The position numbers and the translations under genes were made by a program. Under the pieces are notes generated by a model. That model made no database searches. It was given only the letters and a program-made list of their open reading frames with translations, and had not been told where the DNA came from. Positions 17,981 to 26,374 of a DNA stretch of 57,821 nt are shown in pieces; position 1 is the stretch's first letter; each line of letters opens with the position of its first letter. Source of the stretch: a virus (lineage: Duplodnaviria; Caudoviricetes); the IMG/VR virus record IMGVR_UViG_3300041402_001073, positions 1 to 57,821 of that record. One strand, given 5' to 3'.

Positions 17981-18664
17981 TCAATATTCAATCCTCAGCT
18001 TTATACCACCACTCTCAGATCTTCCATAAAGAGACCGGTATTCGTTTTTGTAGTTAAATAGAAGAGAGATGTGGTCTTTTATCTTGGCCAACTTCAGGTC
18101 GCCTGTAAATTTGGTAATATAATCGGCGCTATTCTGCATGCTTGGCTGGTAAAAATAGATGAGAGATAGGAAGTCGTTATTGAATTTGGCTCTATAGGAG
18201 TATCGGCCTTGGCCGGTTTGTTCGCATGTAGCGGGATCGCTACAGTTTAGAGATGTAAACTGATACAGAAACCCTCCACTGAAGGAGAGCTTTGTGCTTT
18301 TTTTCTTGTAGATGTAATACTTGAGTCCAGCTCCAATATCATTCTCAAAATCAATACCCAGAACCTTATTGTAGCCCACTCTTTCATCTAGCCATAAGCT
18401 CCATCTTTCGTTAATGGCAGGGCTATAATTTAAATCCAACTCCCCTTCATCCTGGGTAACGATGCCGTCCGTCTTGCCTTTGCGGTAATATGCCGACAAT
18501 TCCAGTTTATCTTCAATAGTGTCAGCAAAATCAATTCCAAGAGTAGAGTTCTTGATGCCTCTGACGTTGGACCCACTCCATAAAAAATCTATATTGCCAG
18601 CTGAAGCGGTCCCGGAACATCCGGCAATCATCAAAAATATAACTACAAATATAAGTTTAGGCAT
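17981..18664 (-). CDS. DUF481/YdiY-like outer-membrane beta-barrel protein
   Basis: Signal peptide, alternating amphipathic strands, DIGAGLKYY and YQPS...DY motifs, C-terminal aromatic (IKLRIEY). Confidence 0.7.
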   Translation of the reverse strand: MPKLIFVVIFLMIAGCSGTASAGNIDFLWSGSNVRGIKNSTLGIDFADTIEDKLELSAYYRKGKTDGIVTQDEGELDLNYSPAINERWSLWLDERVGYNKVLGIDFENDIGAGLKYYIYKKKSTKLSFSGGFLYQFTSLNCSDPATCEQTGQGRYSYRAKFNNDFLSLIYFYQPSMQNSADYITKFTGDLKLAKIKDHISLLFNYKNEYRSLYGRSESGGIKLRIEY

Positions 18665-18875
18665 CTACCCTCTTTTGTATAACAAAGTCTTCTATGACTT
18701 CATTTAAATCTGCTGCACAGCCATCGCATAAGTCATCCAAATCTATCGGCACATCTTCAGGAGGAGTTTTAAGCGCCTCAATGCCTGGCCTTACAAGCTG
18801 CCCTTGAATCCCATTATCATTCTCCTCTTTCATGGGCTGCTTGCAGCAATCACAATGTACGATACTTACCTGCAT
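18657..18875 (-). CDS. Small Zn-ribbon protein
   Basis: HCDCC...DLCDGC. Confidence 0.55.
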   Translation of the reverse strand: MQVSIVHCDCCKQPMKEENDNGIQGQLVRPGIEALKTPPEDVPIDLDDLCDGCAADLNEVIEDFVIQKRVDA

Positions 18876-18921
18876 AGTCTCTCCTTCATACCATTCCTAT
18901 TGATAAATTGCAAGAGTAAAA

Positions 18922-18997
18922 TGGTCTGGGTGGCAGGACTCGAACCTGCGGCTTCCGGAATCCAAGGCCGGCTGTCTACCAACTGACATACACCCAG
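18922..18997 (-). tRNA. tRNA-Pro(UGG), CCA encoded
   Basis: CTGGGTG TA TGTC AGTTGGTA GACA G CCGGC CTTGGAT TCCGG AAGCC GCAGG TTCGAGT CCTGC CACCCAG A CCA: 76 nt, C1-G72 and A73 proline identity elements. Confidence 0.9.
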
Positions 18998-19003
18998 AAA
19001 ATT

Positions 19004-20176
19004 CTATCCTTTTATCACAGCCAATGGCTTTAACTCAACTAAAATATCAACTAGATCAGACTGGTTCTCCATAACAGTAGCGATATCTTTATAAGCTCCG
19101 GCAGCCTCATCAAGGTCTTTCTCGCCCCTTATAGCATGGATAACTCCAAGATCATCTAGTCTTTTTATCTCCTCCTCAAGATTAAGCTCTCTCTGGGCTT
19201 GCTTTCTGCCCATCCTCCTGCCTGCTCCATGGGAACAGGAATGGAAGCTCTCAGGATTACCCTTACCTTTGACTATATAGCTGGCTGTGCCCTGAGAACC
19301 GGGGATGATACCTAGTTGTCCAGCGGCGGCCTTAGTCGCACCTTTACGATGAACCATTACGTTCTTACCAAAATGATTCTCCATAGTAGCGTAGTTATGT
19401 GCAATGTTTATAGACTCTTCCACATCTAAATATACAGATTCGCTGGCAAAACAATCCAGAACGCGATCCATCATCAGTCTTCTATTGGCCAATGCAAACT
19501 CTACACAATAATTCATTTCAGCAAGGTAATTTTGCCCCTCATCTAAATCCCAAGGAAGGAAAGCAAGTTGCCATTCTTTAGGAACCTCACTGTGCCATCT
19601 TTCATTCAATTTAATGGCAAGCTTATTGTAGTGATCAGCTACCTTTAATCCAAGATTTCGGCTTCCAGAGTGAATCATAACCCAGATGTAGCCATCACTG
19701 CCTTTTTGAATCTCAATGAAATGATTTCCACCTCCAAGAGTGCCAAGAGAGATCAGAGCGTTTTCGTATTCTCTCCCAACGATAGAACTAAATGGTTTCA
19801 TTACATTATCATTCTCTTTAGGCATTAGGCCTTCGGGCTGTTCGTGCTTGTGCTTTTTGAATCCCACCGGTACAACTTGACGTATCTTGCCTATAATCCT
19901 CTTCAGCATATCAACATCAATCTCAGTCAAAGAGGTCTTAACAGCACACATGCCACAGCCTATATCCACACCAACAGCATTAGGAACTATCACACCTTGA
20001 GTAGCCATCACCCCGCCAATAGGCATACCATACCCTTGGTGAGCATCAGGCATCAGCGCTATATGTTTAAACACAAAAGGAAGGTTCGCTAAATTTCTAG
20101 CCTGTTCCATTGCCCCATCTTCAATATCATCCAGCCATATCTTGATAGGCTTTTTTCCATTAGTATCAACTCTCAT
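19004..20176 (-). CDS. rtcB: RtcB RNA ligase (tRNA repair)
   Basis: MPDAHQG, GVDIGCGM, GTLGGGNHFIE, HSGSR, HNYA, HRKGAT, SHGAGR, DEAAGAYK. Confidence 0.95.
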   Translation of the reverse strand: MRVDTNGKKPIKIWLDDIEDGAMEQARNLANLPFVFKHIALMPDAHQGYGMPIGGVMATQGVIVPNAVGVDIGCGMCAVKTSLTEIDVDMLKRIIGKIRQVVPVGFKKHKHEQPEGLMPKENDNVMKPFSSIVGREYENALISLGTLGGGNHFIEIQKGSDGYIWVMIHSGSRNLGLKVADHYNKLAIKLNERWHSEVPKEWQLAFLPWDLDEGQNYLAEMNYCVEFALANRRLMMDRVLDCFASESVYLDVEESINIAHNYATMENHFGKNVMVHRKGATKAAAGQLGIIPGSQGTASYIVKGKGNPESFHSCSHGAGRRMGRKQAQRELNLEEEIKRLDDLGVIHAIRGEKDLDEAAGAYKDIATVMENQSDLVDILVELKPLAVIKG

Positions 20177-20293
20177 AAACTCCTCCTATACACATCACCA
20201 CAAATATCAGCATACCAATAAATCCGAAAGCAGCCACCACACCGTACATCCAGACAAATTCCTGCAGCCTCACAAAGTCTTTCCGTTTACGTC

Positions 20294-20680
20294 TCACGCT
20301 CCCTCCTTTAGTCTAAGTGTTCCACCGTTTATACAAAAACTTAGCCGTATTGCTACTTTGCTGGCCTCTAAACATTCCGCCATCGTAGCCTGTCTTGTGA
20401 TAGTTCCTGTGCCGTTGCATACCTCACACATAATATCGTTCATTTCACCTTCGCCACCGCACTCACCACAATGTCTTGTCCACTCGATGCCCTCTATAGC
20501 TTCTGGCGTAGGTCTGGTGTTCCAAAGCCTCGATGCTTCCTTCACTGACACCGCAGAAGGGCCACAAGATACACAACATGGACACACCCAGTAATACATT
20601 CCCAATTTATCAGGCGTTGGCTCTGTCGTATCGTTAATGCAATTACTCCCACAAAAGGGACATTCTCTCAATTCCTCCAT
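20294..20680 (-). CDS. Lar-family restriction alleviation protein with extra CxxCxGxG zinc finger
   Basis: ELRECPFCG...WNTR followed by CGECGGEG...CEVCNGTG. Confidence 0.65.
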   Translation of the reverse strand: MEELRECPFCGSNCINDTTEPTPDKLGMYYWVCPCCVSCGPSAVSVKEASRLWNTRPTPEAIEGIEWTRHCGECGGEGEMNDIMCEVCNGTGTITRQATMAECLEASKVAIRLSFCINGGTLRLKEGA

Positions 20681-20694
20681 TACTTAATCCTCCT

Positions 20695-20988
20695 TTAATT
20701 AAGCTCTAAGATGATTCTGTAATTATTATTTAGATAAGTCTTGTCTTCGTCACCTACACTAAACCAAGCCAAATACCATACTCCACCTTTGTATTTGCCT
20801 TTCCACATTTTCCCAATATATACACCAGACGGGGTTGAATGAGAATACTCAGGTAATTTATCAAATGCACCTTTTTCCATTAATGCGTGGGTATCGTCAA
20901 TTTCAATTTCGCTAGGTTTAGGTTGCCTCCAATATTGTCCTAGCGGGTCGACCATAGGAGGTATAAAGTTCTCTATATCATTCTTCAT
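20695..20988 (-). CDS. Hypothetical phage protein
   Basis: DPLGQYWRQP...YSHSTPSGVYIGKMWK; start reassigned to 20988. Confidence 0.55.
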   Translation of the reverse strand: MKNDIENFIPPMVDPLGQYWRQPKPSEIEIDDTHALMEKGAFDKLPEYSHSTPSGVYIGKMWKGKYKGGVWYLAWFSVGDEDKTYLNNNYRIILELN

Positions 20989-20989
20989 G

Positions 20990-21604
20990 TCACTCTCCCT
21001 CCTTTGGTTTCTTATACCTTCTTCCTTTAGCTGCCATATCATCCATATTATCTTGATGAGTACCAAGAAATAAGTGAGCAGGGTTGATGCAAGGCGGGTT
21101 GTCACATCTATGTAAAACGTGCATACCCTCTGGTATCCCCCCAAATTTATGAATATATGCAGCCCTGTGAGCAGACATTAATCTCCTTTTATATCTAGTT
21201 CTCCCGTAGCCACAACTGTCTACAGAATCTTGCCACTCCCAGCATCCAGAAGAAGCTATTTTGACTTTCTCAAATAACGCCTTGCTGTTTTCTTTAACTC
21301 TATACTCCCCTGTACATGGCTTAGAACAAAAGTGATTTGGGGATCGCTTTATTTCTGCCTCTCTTTTCTTAAATTCTTTATCACAATTTAAACAAATAAC
21401 ATTCACCATTGTCATCTTGTGTTGTGGAAACAACGTCAACAACTTCTCTACTGCTTCCCTATTACTATTTGATTGAAGTAATATTCTTTCTAAAGTCTCA
21501 GGTAAGTCCATTAGCTTTGCTCCTTTACACTCATGCCCTGTATGCCAGTCTTGTCCACACTCTTTACATTTAGGGGTGCCAACATTAGTAAATATACCAT
21601 CCAT
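20990..21604 (-). CDS. HNH endonuclease
   Basis: GCWEW, GYG, AHRAAY, VLHRCDNPPCINPAHLFLGTHQDNMDD. Confidence 0.88.
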   Translation of the reverse strand: MDGIFTNVGTPKCKECGQDWHTGHECKGAKLMDLPETLERILLQSNSNREAVEKLLTLFPQHKMTMVNVICLNCDKEFKKREAEIKRSPNHFCSKPCTGEYRVKENSKALFEKVKIASSGCWEWQDSVDSCGYGRTRYKRRLMSAHRAAYIHKFGGIPEGMHVLHRCDNPPCINPAHLFLGTHQDNMDDMAAKGRRYKKPKEGE

Positions 21605-21608
21605 ATCC

Positions 21609-21965
21609 CTACCCCTTCCCTTTAAGAAATTCAAGCATTAGTGGTGCTAAGTTGTCTCGGTGGAAGGCGTCCATCAGAACAATAAAACATAAATCACTAA
21701 TATCCTCATGGCTACGTTTGGTTGCTAGTAATGGTCGCAGTATGTAAGCCATGAATCTTGCCCTCTTTTTCTCATCCCACCCATCATACACATCTCTCAG
21801 CTTACCGTAGCCTTCGTCGGTGAAGTAATCTAGTTCATCATTATAATAAAAAGGATCATCACACTTAGAGCATTTATAGAGCCCCATTGTTTCAGCTGTA
21901 ACTTCTTCGTGCCAACACTCCCCCAACAACTCAGTCAATTCCTTATTTATCGCTCGCTTGTTCAT
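21609..21965 (-). CDS. Hypothetical protein
   Basis: GGAGG RBS; CWHE...CSKC. Confidence 0.55.
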   Translation of the reverse strand: MNKRAINKELTELLGECWHEEVTAETMGLYKCSKCDDPFYYNDELDYFTDEGYGKLRDVYDGWDEKKRARFMAYILRPLLATKRSHEDISDLCFIVLMDAFHRDNLAPLMLEFLKGKG

Positions 21966-22141
21966 TATGCCTCCCCCTCTTCAACTCTCCCAACTTTATC
22001 CAGCCAGGCCTCTATAGCCTTAAAACTATAAGGATTCAGCTTCCCGGCCTTAATATGGCGCCGTATAGTCTCCGGGTGCCGGCCTGATAGATCAGCAAGG
22101 ACCTTTACTGTTATTTTTAAATATGGCGTGTAGTATCCCAT
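21965..22141 (-). CDS. Small winged-HTH (excisionase/HTH_17-like) protein, 58 aa
   Basis: Below track cutoff: ITVKVLADLSGRHPETIRRHIKAGKL. Confidence 0.6.
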   Translation of the reverse strand: MGYYTPYLKITVKVLADLSGRHPETIRRHIKAGKLNPYSFKAIEAWLDKVGRVEEGEA

Positions 22142-22369
22142 CTATTCCTCCACATAAAAACCACCAACATATTCATTGAGTTTACTCAGCCTGCAGCGTG
22201 TAGGATTATGGCCTGGTGTTAGCACCCATATAACTCCTTTTTCGATAACAACGGGGGCTGAAGGAACACTTATCGGTGGAATCCCAAAGGAAAAGGATAC
22301 TCGCCCCCCTACCATTACTTCAGTTCCATGCAAATCGAATATACCTGTTTTAAGCAGGTCTTCCCTCAT
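22142..22369 (-). CDS. YopX-like hypothetical protein
   Basis: TGIFDLHGTEVMVG resembles the YopX TGLxDxNGxEIYEGD motif. Confidence 0.45.
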   Translation of the reverse strand: MREDLLKTGIFDLHGTEVMVGGRVSFSFGIPPISVPSAPVVIEKGVIWVLTPGHNPTRCRLSKLNEYVGGFYVEE

Positions 22370-22575
22370 ATATCCCCTTTTAATCTTATCTCACAAATAA
22401 CAACAGATTCTGGCCCAGCCATAACATAACCTTCGTGAACCTTGTTAAACTCACATTCAAATTCTTCAATTTCACCTATAACATTCATCCGGTCTGTTAC
22501 TTGAAACTCAACCTCTACGTTGCCATGGTGATGTCTGAAGCCTGCCAGCTCCATCATAAGGTCATCTATCTTCAT
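22366..22575 (-). CDS. Hypothetical protein
   Basis: ATGA coupling on both sides. Confidence 0.5.
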   Translation of the reverse strand: MKIDDLMMELAGFRHHHGNVEVEFQVTDRMNVIGEIEEFECEFNKVHEGYVMAGPESVVICEIRLKGDI

Positions 22576-22961
22576 AAATCCTCCTTCAGCTTTAATTGCC
22601 CATTCCAGATGAAGCCATATACTTCAGGACCATCAGGCCCATAGAAGGTAACGGTAGTCTCGTTATCTGACACCCGCAGAATCTCATTACCGCCAACCAC
22701 AAAAGACAATGAATCATTCGACTGATAACCCCCTATACCTGTATCTGCTAATCCCCATTGCCCCTCTCCGCCACTAAAGGATATACTTGGAGTGGTAGAG
22801 TCTGTGTATTCCCCAGGCGGGTAGACTTCCGTAATAGACACACTTACCCCTTCAAAAGGTGTTTTAGGCTGTGAGTCCATGCCAGCAACAGTAGCCCATA
22901 TGTACAATACAAAACAAAATAGGATGATGGATGCTATACCTGCAAACAATTTTCTTTTCAT
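22572..22961 (-). CDS. Membrane-anchored/exported protein containing one tail-fibre-type repeat
   Basis: N-terminal hydrophobic segment; STTPSISFSG...DTGIGGYQSNDSLSFVVGGNEILRV. Confidence 0.5.
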   Translation of the reverse strand: MKRKLFAGIASIILFCFVLYIWATVAGMDSQPKTPFEGVSVSITEVYPPGEYTDSTTPSISFSGGEGQWGLADTGIGGYQSNDSLSFVVGGNEILRVSDNETTVTFYGPDGPEVYGFIWNGQLKLKEDL

Positions 22962-23131
22962 AAATACCCTTATTTAAAGACTTGATTTATTAATATCTCA
23001 AGAGTTATTCCATCGACTATTATTGCTCCGATGCCCAATACGAACCCAAATGCAACTGCAAAATCGCTTATATCTGAGTCTTTACATTTAACAATCATCC
23101 ACATTACCGCCCAAGTCAGCATATATCCTCC

Positions 23132-23470
23132 TTAAATTAAACTGGCAACACCAGCCATAAACAATATGTGCAGTATATTATCCGTCACAATAATCGACCA
23201 CGGCGCACAGGGCCCGGTACCGAACTTCTCACTCCCCTTAACCTTCATAAGCCACACAACAAACTGTGTCCGGTCTTGCAGGAAGTGTTGTACTCCAATC
23301 AAAATGATCTGCCAAAACAAAAGCCCCGTGAATAGGAAAGGCACCATATACACTACAACGTGCACCAGGCAATGCCACGAACTCTGCTTCTTATTCAACG
23401 CCATCCAATCATTCTGTAACAGGTAATCTCCTATCAAGTGTGCATATATCCAGTGCATAAACCCTCCCAT
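23132..23470 (-). CDS. DUF3307-family membrane protein
   Basis: AHLIGDYLLQNDWMA..K, HVVVY, HFLQD, DNILH. Confidence 0.8.
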   Translation of the reverse strand: MGGFMHWIYAHLIGDYLLQNDWMALNKKQSSWHCLVHVVVYMVPFLFTGLLFWQIILIGVQHFLQDRTQFVVWLMKVKGSEKFGTGPCAPWSIIVTDNILHILFMAGVASLI

Positions 23471-23486
23471 TTATCCTTGCGTCCTT

Positions 23487-23720
23487 CTACAATTTGGCAA
23501 CCATCTTCTTCACAGCAATTATTTCTGCTAGTATCGTGCCTTTCTCTTCCAGTTCTTCTATCCTAGCGCTCATACTTTCTATATATTGCTCGTAATATTT
23601 ACGCAGATAGTCATATACCTCTCTATCTTTGGAGGCCCTTTCTCTCGGGTTTTCTTCTCGGTGTGCAGCATTAAGCAATCCAATTACATATTTCATATCA
23701 GGTCTTTCAACTGTATTCAT
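23487..23720 (-). CDS. Hypothetical protein
   Basis: GGGAGG RBS. Confidence 0.5.
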   Translation of the reverse strand: MNTVERPDMKYVIGLLNAAHREENPRERASKDREVYDYLRKYYEQYIESMSARIEELEEKGTILAEIIAVKKMVAKL

Positions 23721-23729
23721 AACCCCTCC

Positions 23730-24005
23730 CTACCCCTTCCGTATAGATTCATTGATAACATCCCCAGCGTGTTTAATCGTCACATCGAGTTCGCCCATTT
23801 CATCAGGCCTCTCCAGTATCACCACATACTCCTCAGGCCATGTCTTCAGCTTCCACATCCACCTCATCTCTAAAGAGCCCTCATCGTCCAAAGACAGAGT
23901 ACAGATACACCTCACCCGAACCACTTCTTTCATCATAGTCAATATAGCAATTGGTGACATACTATCCATAAACACCCTCCATTTAGTCCAATTGTAGTTC
24001 ATCAA
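23730..24005 (-). CDS. Hypothetical protein
   Basis: Overlaps the MTase end. Confidence 0.45.
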   Translation of the reverse strand: MMNYNWTKWRVFMDSMSPIAILTMMKEVVRVRCICTLSLDDEGSLEMRWMWKLKTWPEEYVVILERPDEMGELDVTIKHAGDVINESIRKG

Positions 24006-25188
24006 CTATCTGTATTCTTTCTCCCAACCATTTAACAACTGGGACCGCGAAGCTATTTCCCAAAGCTTTATAGCGGGGCCCATCCGGACAGTTTTCAGGA
24101 GCCTTGCCGCGCCATGGTATGCGAGTGTAGTTATCAGGAAAGCCCTGCAGCCTTTCGCATTCCACTGGGGTAAGTCGGCGTACTTGCATATTTTGAGCTA
24201 CATTCCAAGGTTTCGTAGAATCAAGGGCCCCTACTTTTTCTACCATCGAATGAGGTGGGCGTTCAGGCCTATTAACTTTTGGCTCGGCGCCTCTATTGCG
24301 TCCAGAAAATGCGATCACATTCTCTTGGCCACTATTCTGCCCGAGAGCAAAAGCCTTGTCGGATACACAAGGATCTTGGGTGCCATGGACAACATAGGTG
24401 GACTCGTTCGGGTCAAGTCGGCCTGTCGCTGTATTACTGCTGGTTAAAACCCTGGCAGTTTCACCCCCATTTAAACCTGTTGTAGCGATTAAATGCCCTG
24501 CTTGTCCTTGGTTGTCGTCTGCACCACACGTTCCAACGCCGTTTGCAGTAAGGGCGGCAACTGGCGACCCCGTTTCTCTGCTCGGCGTAGTATTCCCGCA
24601 CAAGCTTTGGCGCTCAAATAAAACCGCTGCGGGAGGTCTCCAGTCTCCAAAATATGCGACAACAAACACGCGTCTCCTTCGCTGTGGAACTCCGAAGTAC
24701 TGAGCGTCAAGAACTCTGTAGGCGAACCCATACCCGAGTTCTTCCAATCCCGCGAGGAAGCATCCGAAATCACTTGTTTCTGTAGCTTCCCATTCTTGTC
24801 CTTCTTCCAAATCACTCGGCGGCTCATCGCCAGACCATGAGGAAAGGATGCCGGGGACGTTCTCCCAGACCAACCAGCGGGGCCCAAGTCGTTTAGCAAG
24901 CCTAAGATACTCAAGCGCCAGGTTACCACGCTCGTCCTCCATTCCTTTTCTAAGTCCTGCAACTGAGAACGATTGACAGGGCGTTCCTCCGACAAGAAGC
25001 TCAATTGGCTCATAATCCCCTCCTTTGATTGTTGTAAAGTCCCCATGCAATGAAACCTCAGGATATCGAGCCCCGAGCACAGCCCTTGGGAACTTCTCTA
25101 TCTCCGAGAAGAAGCTAGGCTTCCATCCCATAGGCTCCCACGCCACACTCGCTGCCTCTATTCCACTACATACACTACCGTAAATCAC
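23983..25188 (-). CDS. DNA (cytosine-5)-methyltransferase
   Basis: SVCSGIEA (I), GGTPCQSFS (IV), ENV (VI), QRRRRVF (VIII), RRLTPVECERLQGFP (IX), YKALGNS (X). Confidence 0.93.
   Translation of the reverse strand: MIYGSVCSGIEAASVAWEPMGWKPSFFSEIEKFPRAVLGARYPEVSLHGDFTTIKGGDYEPIELLVGGTPCQSFSVAGLRKGMEDERGNLALEYLRLAKRLGPRWLVWENVPGILSSWSGDEPPSDLEEGQEWEATETSDFGCFLAGLEELGYGFAYRVLDAQYFGVPQRRRRVFVVAYFGDWRPPAAVLFERQSLCGNTTPSRETGSPVAALTANGVGTCGADDNQGQAGHLIATTGLNGGETARVLTSSNTATGRLDPNESTYVVHGTQDPCVSDKAFALGQNSGQENVIAFSGRNRGAEPKVNRPERPPHSMVEKVGALDSTKPWNVAQNMQVRRLTPVECERLQGFPDNYTRIPWRGKAPENCPDGPRYKALGNSFAVPVVKWLGERIQIVDELQLD
24489..25013 (-). CDS. Nested out-of-frame ORF inside the MTase (M.EcoHK31I beta-subunit-like), 174 aa
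   Basis: Strong SD AAAGGAGGGG 3 nt before ATG 25013; C-terminal LSHILETGDLPQRFYLSAKACAGILRRAEKRG. Confidence 0.65.
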   Translation of the reverse strand: MSQLSFLSEERPVNRSQLQDLEKEWRTSVVTWRLSILGLLNDLGPAGWSGRTSPASFPHGLAMSRRVIWKKDKNGKLQKQVISDASSRDWKNSGMGSPTEFLTLSTSEFHSEGDACLLSHILETGDLPQRFYLSAKACAGILRRAEKRGRQLPPLLQTALERVVQTTTKDKQGI

Positions 25189-25238
25189 TCAAATACCCCT
25201 CTTTGTAGTCGCAACCCGTCTTAGATACGACAAACACC

Positions 25239-25267
25239 ACTCTACAGCACTCTCCACTCAATGTCAA
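25239..25267 (-). promoter_or_regulatory. Sigma70 promoter for the long leftward unit
   Basis: TTGACA-17 nt-TAGAGT with an upstream A/T tract. Confidence 0.75.
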
Positions 25268-25570
25268 AAAAAATAACAAAAAAATTTAAAAATAGCAAAA
25301 CCACACACCAGCAAGCCCTACAGATCATACACCCTCCAACCTCACACAACATCCCGCAAACCTAGATATAGCATAGTGTATGGACGATTGCCGTATATAT
25401 AAGAGAGGGGGGTGTTTTAGAAAAAGGGGTCCCCATACCCCCTTCCACAATAAGTATTGTTTTTTATTTTACCGAGGATTAACCCTTGTCATGGTATAGG
25501 AAGGGAGGACAGAACAGGGGACAGATCAACCTGGACAGCCCGCAAAGCCTTATACTGTAGGGGTTTACAG

Positions 25571-25607
25571 ATAGGGCACACCTGATTAGTAATCAGGTGG
25601 GCCTTGT
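25571..25607. repeat. 37-bp imperfect palindrome with a perfect 10+1+10 core
   Basis: CACCTGATTA G TAATCAGGTG (25579-25599), extended by ATAGGGC / GCCTTGT. Confidence 0.8.
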
Positions 25608-26183
25608 ATCGATGGGAGCCAGGACAATAAGCCCTTATCAAGGTATCAATCCAGCACCAGGTCAAGCCTGCTCTGTGTGCATGAGCCGTCTTTTTATACC
25701 ATTCTATTGCCTTTCCTGCTGCTTTCGGAGTTGTTATAGATTTTCCCGATGGCAAGTATAGCCTTTTTCTATATGGCGTGAAGTGGTAGAAGTTGAGGCT
25801 TGAGGCTGCCTGGGTGCTGGTGTGGCTTTGTTTGGTATTATGGCTTGAATTGCTTGATTATATGGAGAGAGGGAAACCCCCTCAAAAAAAAGCGTCTTGT
25901 CTCTTCTATGCTTCCCTGTGGAGAGTCTTTAAACCTTAAAGCCTTTGTAGTAGGCTGGAAAGTGTCAAGCGGCTTGTTGTGGCTCATCCTGCGAGGCCTT
26001 GCCAATACTGGGCGCTGTGATAATCCCCAGGGGGAAACCCAAGAGCAAAACCTTGAGAGCTTACACCCCTTGAAAGATCATCAAAACCCCTCTTATACTA
26101 TGCCGAAAAATGCCATCTAAAGTGACAATATTTGGCTCTATGTGACACTTTTTGCACCCCTTACAAAACAGGCACTTACAGAG

Positions 26184-26325
26184 TTATCCACATTTTAAGC
26201 CTATTTTATGATGATTTTCAAAGCTGTAAACCCTTACCACTACTGGCTTCCTTCGGGGAGTGACAATCCACGGCTCGACTTATCCACAAACTGCCATTGA
26301 TTGTCATATTTTAGACTGTGCATAA
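26184..26325. promoter_or_regulatory. DnaA-box cluster
   Basis: TTATCCACA at 26184-26192 and 26280-26288; TGTGCATAA (1 mismatch, opposite strand) at 26317-26325. Confidence 0.7.
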
Positions 26326-26374
26326 CTTTTTGGCACGTTTCTTTTGCCTCCTTTTAAATTTTTATTCCTTTATA

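Noticed and set aside
18922-18997. tRNA as the attP core or as tRNA-Gln(UUG)
   Set aside because: It is 27 kb from the integrase and embedded in an operon; a UUG reading would put C at position 33, and the C1-G72/A73 identity elements indicate Pro.
26331-26347. Second sigma54 promoter TGGCACGTTTCTTTTGC
   Set aside because: GG-to-GC spacing is 2 nt too long for the strict -24/-12 geometry.
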